Positions 36,283-46,423 of a DNA stretch of 64,000 nt are shown here, one piece after another. Under the pieces are notes generated by a model, which saw only the letters and a program-made list of their open reading frames with translations, was not told where the DNA came from and ran no database searches. Position 1 is the stretch's first letter. The number at the start of each line of letters is the position of its first letter. The stretch comes from Chara braunii (lineage: Eukaryota > Plantae > Charophyceae), in contig BFEA01000043.1 in the NCBI GenBank assembly GCA_003427395.1, forward strand, positions 929,168 through 993,167, given 5' to 3'. The position numbers were made by a program, and so were the translations under genes.

Positions 36283-36760
36283 GGTTTTTTTGGTTTTTTG
36301 TTTTTGTTTTAAACTAAGCTATGTTCTTCTCTCAATTTTACATCTCACTTACCATCCTACCACTACTCCTAAGCCTATACAGGGGACCCCTGCAAGCATA
36401 GCTACCCCTGACAATTAAGGGGATGCCTGTTGCCCCCTTCCTCCTCCTAATCGGTGGTTGTCAGGGAGGAGAGTGGGGCCGCCGGTGGGGGGGGTTGGCT
36501 AATGCAAAGACCGAGCATTTTGCCAGTGGCTGAACCTCCCATCTACTTCCCCCGCCCCCATCCAGTAACAGAAGTGTGAATGGCCAGCACTCTTCCACAC
36601 ACCACACACAACCCACGCACACTCACACGCACACCAGTGATGGCCCTACCAATACCGAACGGGCGGAGCAAACCAAGAGTGCCGCAGGTGGTCAGTGGGG
36701 ATTGCACCCGCGACCTCCTGAATGCCACTTGCATGCCTAACCAACTGAGTTAGGCCACTT
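36283..36760 (-). mobile_element. SINE S2, inverted diverged copy, tail-to-tail with previous
   Basis: Reverse complement taactcagttggttaggcatgca...cattcaggagg. Shares the body and the ggggtcccctgtata 3' block. Confidence 0.85.
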
Positions 36761-36868
36761 CCTTTTTTTTTCCTTTTTGGAAAACCCTTCCTCCAGTGCT
36801 AGTGGTGCTGTTAAGAGCAGACACCACTAACACCCAGGGAGGGGCTCCATCTTTGAAAAAAAAAAAAA
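36761..36868 (-). mobile_element. 108-bp tail-only insertion with 14-bp TSD
   Basis: TSD gagttaggccactt at 36747-36760 and 36869-36882. Confidence 0.85.
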
Positions 36869-36899
36869 GAGTTAGGCCACTTGCTCGGAGCGAAGTATC

Positions 36900-37470
36900 T
36901 AGATCACGGGAAGTGGGGAGGGAGTAGTAAGGGACTACCGGCTTCTATTCAATGAGTGGACAAAGATTGACACAGCTATCCCAATGAAACCCGCCCATGA
37001 ATTCCCAGATTTCTTCCCCCCTCCTTCAAACAGCTTAGTAGAATTAGAATGGTATGGGAGAGATGGATGAAAGAAGGGCGACGCATTGCAGATAGGTCCA
37101 ACAGTTAACAGTCAGACATGCTAGGCCCTCTGGTTTCAAGAATCAGACATGCTAGGCCCTCTGGTTGCAAGATGACTGGGTGGGGGACAAGGGGAAGGGA
37201 TCGCTTTGGGGATATGGCAGGGTGGCTTGGCAGGATTAGGAGTGAGCAGAATCAACACTAAATAGAGGATACTAGTATGGCCTGCTCAGTCAATCCCCTG
37301 GGTGGCAGGGCAATCAATGCTGGCAGACTTCTTATTTTCTGTATATGGGACACTGGACCCGTTTTCCAGCAGGTGATGCTCCTCACCAATAGATGGAGCC
37401 TGGCCCTAGGTGTTAGTGGTGTCTGCTGGCACTAGCAGCTCCATGGGATACGGAACCCTGGGATAGATTA
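36900..37470 (+). mobile_element. LINE extreme 3' end and 3' UTR
   Basis: Encodes a DYRLLFNEWTKIDTAIPMKPAHEFPDFFPP-like C-terminus seen in the other LINEs. Internal-loop motif at 37281-37326, pseudoknot module at 37347-37400. Confidence 0.8.
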
Positions 37471-37499
37471 GCAATAGCCGCAGCCAGGAATTGTAAAAC

Positions 37500-37666
37500 T
37501 GTGCTACATGATATGTCAATGGGACGCTGGGCCCGGTTTCCAGCAGGTGCCGCTCCCCACCAATAGATGGAGCAGCCTGACAGGTATGCCCTCAATTCTG
37601 ACGGTTCTCTTACCACCGCCAGGATAGAGGGATATCGCATGGGCTATTTTGTCAAAAAAAAAAAAA
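37500..37666 (+). mobile_element. Retroposon 3' tail (alternative terminal stem)
   Basis: Pseudoknot module (37521-37574) followed by ggttctcttaccaccgccaggatagaggg and poly(A). Same end type at 12854, 52100 and 55285. Confidence 0.75.
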
Positions 37667-38711
37667 CNCTGTTGGGGGNTTTTTTNTTAAAAAAAAAAAA
37701 AAAAAAAAAAAAAACTCCACGGTGGTCACTGGTCAGCAGTTGCGAAGCAGCGAGGTTCAAACTCTTGTATGCATGCATGCAGTGGGCAAGGGAGTTTCAA
37801 AAAAAAAAAAAAAAAGTGGGCATGTGGAACAACCTTACTCCACCTCACCTCCATTCTTCCTCCTAAATCTAATCTGTTCGTCTATTTCATCGCCTCGCTT
37901 CCCTGTCTTTGTCCGGAATCCGCTACCTAGCTGGGATCTTCTCCTCCTCACCTCCATTCTTCCTCCGAGTGTAAACGTGGACGACCACCGGGCCAGCACT
38001 TCATGCTGTGTTCTGTTTTCGCGCATTTTCCCGCTTACCTCCCACCTGCGCTGTTCTGACCTGACCAAGTCTTCACGGGCAGGCTACTGAACTTACCTTT
38101 TCCTTTCTCAAACGTGGCGGTGTGAACGACCGCCTTGAGGTAAGAGGTGAGCTACTACCTGATGGAACTCTATTTAATAAGCATTAGGAAGACGTAGGGC
38201 ATAGAGCAGACCCCTAATGATGGCCATTTTTGGCGAGGTGGCCGAAACATGTCGGGTAGAATCGCCGACCTCGCTGCTTGAGCTTCACATATTTTTTAAT
38301 AAGGGAGGTTTCTTATTGCTCTATTTCGCGTGTCTCTCTTGTCTTCTTTTCCCCTCTGCTATCTCTTTTTCTCGTGCATATGGTTGGTTGTGTCGTTCCT
38401 TTCGCACGCCTTTGTTCGGGATTTCCTTGTTCATAGCGATGCTCCGCCGACTTTCACGTCTTTGGATAGCGTATAAACCACCACGTAAGTCGTGGAATGG
38501 TGGAGGCGCCTGCCACTCGTGACACGGAGGACACTGCGAAGATACTGTGAAGACACGTCTGCTGCGCGCGTTGGTTCCTATCTCAGTTTTACTTGGGTTG
38601 GTGACGCGTCGTGTTTGAAGTCTCTGTTCGTGGAAGTAGTATGTAGGTTGATCTTTTTTTCTTTTCTTTTTTTTTCTTACACAAGAGAGTTGATTGGAAG
38701 GTCGTCCACGT

Positions 38712-38811
38712 GGTCCGGGTCAGCGATGGTTGGTTCGGTCCGGGTCAGCGATGGTTGGTTCGGTCCGGGTCAGCGATGGTTGGTTCGGTCCGGGTCAGCG
38801 ATGGTTGGTTC
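38712..38811. repeat. 25-bp minisatellite x4
   Basis: ggtccgggtcagcgatggttggttc repeated four times at the broken end of a LINE fragment. Confidence 0.95.
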
Positions 38812-39765
38812 AGCAACAACACGGCCGGGTCCCATGGGAGATCAATTCCTGTGAGGCTCTTCCACGCTGCTGCCCACCATCGCCAGACCTGTTTTGCCAT
38901 AGGGCAATCTAGAAGGCAATGTTCCAGGTCTGCAATGTGCTTCTGGGAGGATACTCCACAATAAGAGCACAACGGCGATAATAGACCTCTCCCTTCGAGA
39001 CGGGATCTGGAAACTAGCCAATCTGGTGTTGGCAGGCAGCGGTAAATGATCTGCCATTGTAATGCTCTCTGAGAGGTAGGCATGAGGTGCGCAAAGTGGG
39101 ACTAGTTAAAGGATTTGAGGTCTCCATCTTTCAGGATGGAGTCTCGCTGCCACCGATCCTTTATTATTTGGGTGGTGTTAACCGTCTTATGAGTCTTTCT
39201 GTAGCAGTCTTTAACTGTATACTTCCAGATCAGTAGCGGTTTGTTGCCTCCCCATTGCCATTCAATCGGGTCAAACGGCAGCACGCAGATGGGGGTTGTG
39301 GACTCATATGCCCACCACCCGTCAGTCTCATCCCCTACCACCCTTACTCGCATCAAATCTGACTCCGCTTTCTGTTTGTCCAAGTCCTCATTTCTCGTTA
39401 GTTTGAATAGCCTGGCACCCGGGAGTGTCGGTTCGTAGGCGTGCAGTTGCACGCAGTTTGGAGAGCAGTTCGGGACTCATATAGCAGCATTGGGATGGGG
39501 AGGGAGGCCTGTTCTATAACCCGATCACCTTTTTGAATGGTTGGGTCCTTTCTGAGTGCCGCAGTCCATGCTATTGGGACAGCCTCCTGCAGTTCCTGTA
39601 ACTTGTCCTCTAGGTGTCGCACATACTTCAGTGCTGATTTCATTTGCGCTGCAGATTTCCATTTACCCCTTGGTGCGTCCCACAGATCTCCCACCTTGTA
39701 GATAGCCTGTTTGGCCCAAGCCAGCCAATGCGAGTCTTGTTTTAAAGAGAAGGGTTGGCCTTCTC
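38812..39765 (-). pseudogene. Divergent LINE ORF2 C-terminal fragment
   Basis: LQWQIIYRCLPT, LCSYC...DLEHCLLDCP, VGDLWD. Confidence 0.8.
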
Positions 39766-39816
39766 TTTAAAACAAGTCTTATCACCTCGTTAAATAGGTT
39801 TCCTGTATATGAAGCT

Positions 39817-39849
<33 letters not shown>

Positions 39850-40930
39850 TCAGAGATGTGATTGTGATGACAATCGGCTAACCAGTGACTTAGTAATTGA
39901 ATTTGTGAAATTAAAATCTTTTGTAAAAGAGCGGATGGTTCAAACCACAAGTACCTTTCTCAGCTATCGATGCCGAGCCTAAAATTGCCCTGCACGCCCA
40001 AATAAAAACAAACCGGCACGGGCCTCGTTTTGGCCGGCGCCACCAGCCATTTCTGTCCGGTAGTACCGAACCGCACTTGGCTCCCGATTATATGGGCGCG
40101 TATTTGATTTTCAAGCAGGGAAAGGTACTGGTGGTTGTTTAATCTCTCAGTATTTCTCAGCAATTCTGAGGGACGCCGGACCCGATTTCCAGCAGGTGCC
40201 CCTCCCCACCAATAGACTAGAGCTAGCAGGGGGGCTGCTAGTGGCGGGGGGCTCATATCACCACCACTAGCAGTACCAACTGGTTTCTTTTTTTTGGAGG
40301 GGGGGTGGAGGGTTGGGAGAAGGAGGAGCTCTTTCCACTACACGCCAGTCAACAGTTTCTGTGCTGAGTGGGTGATGCGGCGAAAATATTGGTTTCAGGA
40401 TGTTATTGGCTGCATCATTCCACTAGAGGTGCCTGCTCGTACCAGCTCCTCTAGTAGGCCTGAGGCCTGTTGAAAAATAACAATAATAATAATAATAATT
40501 CCACTCACTCGCTGAACACGCTTGCTCACCTTTTTTTTTTTTTTTTTTTTTCAAAAGACTCTGCAGAATCTAAGAGGGTGGGTGATACGAGCATCCCCTC
40601 CCACTAGGTCTGCTTGGTCACTCCATCTATTGGTGGGGTGCTCGCTCACCTGGCGTCCTTGTAGCTGAATTTGTCCTGTCCGGAGCTGGCATTTGAAACT
40701 CCCTGCCAAAAGGCCTCGTCACATGCCATGCAAAAGGAAAAACGAAACAACTGCATCTTCCCACAGAAAATGAGTGTATTTGCCACCTTTCTTGGGCAGA
40801 TGCACTCGTTTTGTTTTCGTGTTTCCTGTGCCCTGTGGCGAGGACCAAAGTCATTGATTGTGTGGCGAGTTCATAAGGACCTACCTCCCTCCGTAAGAGC
40901 ATTATGATAGGCTGGGAGAGGCGTGGCGAC

Positions 40931-40971
<41 letters not shown>

Positions 40972-41089
40972 GGGTGCGTTGTTGTTTTTTTTTTTGCTGG
41001 GAGAGGCGTGGCGACAGTTTTTTTTTTTTTTTTTTTTTTCTTTTTTCTTTTTTTGGCGACAGGTTTTGATAACACAGATTTTTTATTTT

Positions 41090-41360
41090 ATTTTATTTTG
41101 TCAAAAACTAGGCTATAGTCTTCTCTCAAGAACCAAATATTTCATCATCTTTCAAATCCAGCCGGCAGAGGGGATGCATGTTGCCCCCCACTGCAACCAT
41201 GGTGGTCAAGGATGGGTGGGGCCGCAGGTGGGCGTGTGGCTAACGCAAAGACTGAGCATTTTGCCAGTAGCTGCACCTCCCTTTTCATCGTCCCCCACCC
41301 CCCCACCGAATAACAGCAGTGTCTAAGGCCAACACTCTCCCACACACCACACAGACTCAA
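41090..41360 (-). mobile_element. SINE S2 internal fragment
   Basis: Reverse complement of 35940-36110. Confidence 0.8.
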
Positions 41361-41419
41361 AGATCTGCCGTTGTCTTTTTTTTTGAGATGTATTGAGAGT
41401 AGTGGAGGGAGTCCAGTTG

Positions 41420-43390
41420 ATGTAGCTCAGCGGTTAGAGCACCGGTTGGAAATGTGCATTGTGGTATGAGGTTGCGGGTTCAAATCCGTAGCCTTGCGCA
41501 TGGACACCGGCAGGGGTTCAAATCCGTAGCCTTGCGCATGGACACCGGCAGGGCGTTAGAATGACACACGGCTGGACGGACACCCCCCCCCTTGGAATGA
41601 TGCAGGTTAGCTATTACAGACACTGCCTGTGCACCACAAGGGTTGTTCATGGTGTTGTACGTTGGTTCTGGGTTTCACATGGGTTGCTTGGGGGTGTTGG
41701 TCTTGGGTGTTCTGTTGATCTCCCCAGTCTGGCATATCATACGTTCATGCCATTTCCACTAGTCGTTCACATGGTAGAGTCATTTGATTACACGTTACAA
41801 GGTCACGGGTTTGAGCTTGGTTCGGACCTTGGGGGGGTCCTTGTCCAGCTTACCCCGTTCTCTCTTCTATATACACATATGATGCTGCCTATACATCTCT
41901 ATACATTGATTCACAGAGCACACATAGCCTTCGGGCATATACACAGCTTGCGAATTATACATGGCCTATGGGCTACATACACGAGTTTCCACACATGGTG
42001 CTGTCTGTACATATCTTTTTTTTTTTTTTTTTTTTTTTAAGAAACTGCCCGGGCGAGTGCTAGGGGTACTGATACGAGCAGGCACCACTAGCATTGTCGG
42101 GGGGGCTCCATCTATTGGTGAGGAGCAGCACCTGCTGGAAAGCGGGTCCAGCGTCCCTGTGGAGTACAATGTGAACAATGTACGAACAATGTATGTGAAC
42201 ATGAGATGTCAGTGTCCATGACGGGCCGGGCAGTGAGCAGCCCTGCCTTCTGTTCTTACAAGTTATCAATTATACTGTTCCCGTTGTAACTTTTGACTGT
42301 CTATTACTGTCTATCTATTTGTTGTCTCACGTTGTTGCGTCTGATCTGTTAAACCCTTAAACCCTAGTGGCCTTTCCTACATGACGTCCTATGGTGAATG
42401 ATGGTACGCATCAGTGTTGTGATTACTAAGCAGATATGCATATGCTTTGGCAGGCAGATGTTCACTGCGGACTAAGTTTCTTGCCTACATGTGACGTCCT
42501 ATTGTGAATGATAGTATGCATCAGTGTTGTGATTGCGGCTAGCCTAACAGACATACATTTGTGATAGCTAGACTAAGCAGAGATGCATTTGTAATGACAG
42601 AAAGCCACAGAAAGCTGCCGGGCCCATCTATTGAGAGTGGGCTTTGGCATGTAGAAGTACACAGTGGACTAAGTTTCTTGCCTACATGCACATCTTCATA
42701 CATAGATACACGGAGCATACATAGCCTTCGGGTACACACATAGATTGCGAACTACACAACTATCAGACTGGGGGGGTCTAGTCACTGGGTGGGGTCTAGT
42801 ATCTGCAGTAGGGACAGGTATGGGCCACGAGTTCCTACTGATATTCGAATAGAACTGTCTAGTGACTATATAGATGGCTTAGACCCTGGGGTAAGGGTAG
42901 GGGTATAAGTTGCTCAGGCCATTCTGAGTTCCGCCTGGCCTTGGGTAAGCTAGGGGAAGGACGGTAAGACTGCTATATTGGGTGCTACCGTGTCTGAAAC
43001 CTAGGGCCCAGAGTCTCTTGGGGCCTGTAGTACATTGTCTGGGCCTGGTGTCCGAAGTTCCCGTTCGACAAGGCTCATCCGATTCCGCTTCCACCAGGGC
43101 TGGGCAACCTATCAGCCCTGGTGCCTATCACTGCTGTTCGGTCCAAGTTACCTGGCAGTGCCCATTGGTAGGGTAATGGTCCTGAGTGCTGGTCACACTG
43201 AGGTAGGATAGTGGGATAGGGGGTGCGCTACGAGTATTGACGTGAGGATGGGATGGAGGTGGTCTCATATTCCAGGACACCCACGGCCTACTGCTCCAGG
43301 TGATCACTGTGTACTCAGTGACTGTCCTCTACAACACCATGGACTTGAAAGGAAAAAAAAAAAAACGAAAAAAAGAAAAAAGAAAAAGAG
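41420..43390 (+). mobile_element. Near full-length tRNA-headed long retroposon (S1 head + family D body) with nested insertion
   Basis: tagctcagcggttagagc A-box, ggttcaaatcc B-box (locally duplicated), internal ggtttgagc tRNA-like segment, family D 3' end with A-rich tail. Nested minus-strand tail at ~42015-42540 with module at 42104-42157. Confidence 0.7.
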
Positions 43391-43549
43391 AGAGTAGTGG
43401 AGGGAGGCCCGATGTCGATGGCTTGATGGTATCCAACCCCAGAAAAAGGAAAGCAAACAGAAATTGGTGCTGCTGTTGTCAGCGTCCTCAGTTCGTCCTC
43501 CGATTGCATCAGTATGGTCGCAATCAGCCAGGCGTGTGAATGGGCCTCT

Positions 43550-44660
43550 CTTTTTTTTTTTTTAAGAACAAGGCTCCAATCTATTTGTGGGGAGCAGCAC
43601 GTGCTGGGAACCGGGCCCAGCGTCCCATATGGAAATTTACATAAGATTTGAAAGATTTTTAAGATACCGGGGCCATTACCCGGCTATGGCTAAGGAAAAT
43701 TGGAGCTACTGAGAAATTTGCTACGACAAACTACAGAAATAGGCAAAATTCAGAAAACGGCGCAGGACTGTGTTTGTGGCGATGGTTGGAGATAACGCGC
43801 TCTGCGGCCAAGGGGCTAGCCAGTAGGGCGGACTTAGGGTACAGCAGCAGTGGAGATGGTAGTTCTACCGCAGTAAGTCTTGCCGGAGTAAGGTTGAGAT
43901 GGTTTTTTTGGTTGGATGTCTGCATCCAGTGCTTGAAAATATTCCCAAGATCAATCCTTAGAGAACCTAACTTTCTGTGTAGATTGCATAGCTATCATCT
44001 TGAGTCGAAGCCGGGTAATGGCCCCGGTAACTCAAAGTTTCTTACATAATCTTCTCAATATGTTTTTGAATGGGACGCTGGGCCCGGTTCCCAGCACGTG
44101 TTGCTCCCCACGAATAGATTGAGCATTTCCAATTCAAAAAAATAAATAAAAAATGCAGAAACCCCCCATCAATCCTCTTTACCTCACTCCGGCAAGACTT
44201 ACTGCAGCAGAGCCACCATCTCTGCTGCTGTTGTACTCTATTTCAATCCTACAAGCTAGCCCCCTCACTAACAGGACGCTTGATATCCAACCATCTACTT
44301 ATCCCGCTCACCTCTTTTTTTGAGAAAAAATTAAGAAGACCTCCCTCTGCCAGCATTGATTGCCCCGGAACCCAGGGGATTAACTGAGCAGGGACACCTT
44401 TTGATGATAGGTCAATTTGGAAAATATGGAAAACCTGCAAACATGCTGGGAACCGGGCCCAGTGTCCCATATGAAAATTTAACAGATGGTTGGAAGTATA
44501 GCTGAGAAACAAAAAACATATGCACAATTCCGGAAATGACTCAGACACCCCCAATCAATCCCCTTTACCCCACTCCGGCAAGACTTACTGCAGCAGAGCC
44601 ACCATCTCCGCTGCTGCTGTACCCTATTCCCATCCTACCAGCTAGCTTCACTACTCTGGA
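43550..44660. mobile_element. Cluster of short truncated retroposon tails in both orientations
   Basis: Pseudoknot modules at 43572-43626(-), 44072-44124(+) and 44443-44468(-). Hairpin E at ~43665 and ~44008. Block ctccggcaagacttactgc at 44180 and 44570, inverted at 43870. Confidence 0.7.
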
Positions 44661-46374
44661 CTCTCAAATTTTCGAGAGTAATGCATTGCTAAAAAAAATG
44701 CCTGTAATTATCTGGATTACCAACAAATACCAGGGGTGAGGTCCCATTAGCAGTTGGATAGGAGTGTGGCCGATCCCGTGTGACACTGAGTGGCAGCGGG
44801 CTGACAGGTTCATTACGAATTTCTGGGCTGAAAAAACAGGAGAAAGGCAAAAGGCAAAAAAAGAAACAGAGACCTCCCACCGGAAATCACGGCAGAGTGC
44901 TTCCCAGCCATCAGATCGCAAATGATCTGATGGTGGTGGCTGCAACAACAGTGAACAAAGTAACCGCCCCATTTTCTGGCATAAACTCGACTTCTATCAG
45001 CAGTGATCCTGACACCCTCCATATACTCCGTGATTGAAGGAGGGCTCCACCCAATGAGATAATTGCACAACAGCAAGTAAAATACTGAAAATCTTCCATC
45101 CAGTGGGCCTATGGCCGACCCCACCCTCTTTTGGGGTTGGCCACAACCCCAACCGATTGAAAAAGATTCTGGCGGGAAGCTTTCTTTTCATGGGCATGCC
45201 CAGTGTTAAGGAGAGGAGGAGGGGAACAAAGATCTCCTTACTTTTTCGGGTCATAGATGTAAAATACTGACCGTGGGATCACGACTACTGCACGGCAGGA
45301 TTTGGGTCACTCAACTGCCCCACAAACTCGTTTCTATCCTATCCCACTGCTAGTGGGACCTCGCCCCAGCGAGAGATCCAAAACCCCACCAATAGCTCAG
45401 ATTGCTAGGACTTGGATAATCTACCTTACTCTAGACTCGTACCCACGACGACACACTTCCGGAAGGGAGCTGTCAGAAAGCACTCTCGAAGGGCACTATC
45501 AACGAGTCTGGAGTTCACAGCCTGCAACGTGATGGTTTTCTAGTGTGCTCCCTCCTCCCCCCACTGCGGCCACTTTTCTTTTCACAAGTGCGCCTCAAGT
45601 CCCGGCCGTCAGAACAGACTGGCGCTGTCTTGCAGTGCTCTTGAAGCGCTCACGGAAGTTTTAGAGTTCGTGAGTCTAGAGAAAGTGGAGCGAGGCATCT
45701 TTTTTCGAAAGTTTTGAACCTCTGACAGCTCTAGAAGCACTCACGGAATTTTTTGCGAGTCTAGAGTAGTGGAGCGGCCCCAATCTTGACCTCATAGGGC
45801 CTCGCTCCATGACTTGCCAAATGTGCAACACGAGAACGAAATTTCCGCTAGAACATGGGCAGATACACCACCCTATTTTTTGTCTTTCGTGCATGTCGTG
45901 AGTGGTGGAGCGAGGCCCATGCGCACACTCCCAAGTACTGATGGTGTGAAAAAAGGCAGAAACGGACAAACAATACGTCGATGATGATTTTCTGCAGTTA
46001 TTCATCATCCTCTCAAAACAATGTTTCTTTTGTCTCCAATGTCGGCTTCTCAACCCGGGGCCTCCCGACAACCCAAATGGATGAACAATTCGTCTTTTTT
46101 TTTTTTTTTTTTTTTTAACAAGGCTCCGTTCTATTGGTGGGGAGCAACACCTGCTGGAAACCGGGTCCAACGTCCCATTATAGAGCAGCAGATTAGGATC
46201 ATAGTAATGAACAATACGTCGATAATGATCTTATGCAGTTAGTCAAGGTCCGGAAAGAACGTTTCTTTTATCTCCAATGGCGGCTCCGCTTCCCGGGGCC
46301 TCCAGAAACCCCTGCAAAGTGGAAAGAGAGGAAACACAAATGACAAAAGGAAGGAAGTCAGAGATCGGTCTTCT

Positions 46375-46387
46375 TTTTTTTTTTTGA

Positions 46388-46423
<36 letters not shown>

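Noticed and set aside
44008-44080. HDV ribozyme, because GGUAAUGGC...GAAUGGGAC resembles the HDV 3' end
   Set aside because: The words are separated by ~45 nt, and no P1/P1.1/P3 nested double pseudoknot could be built. Treated as coincidence.
45660-45930. MITE suggested by repeated gtggagcg(a)ggc words
   Set aside because: No convincing TIR pair or TSD could be found by eye.
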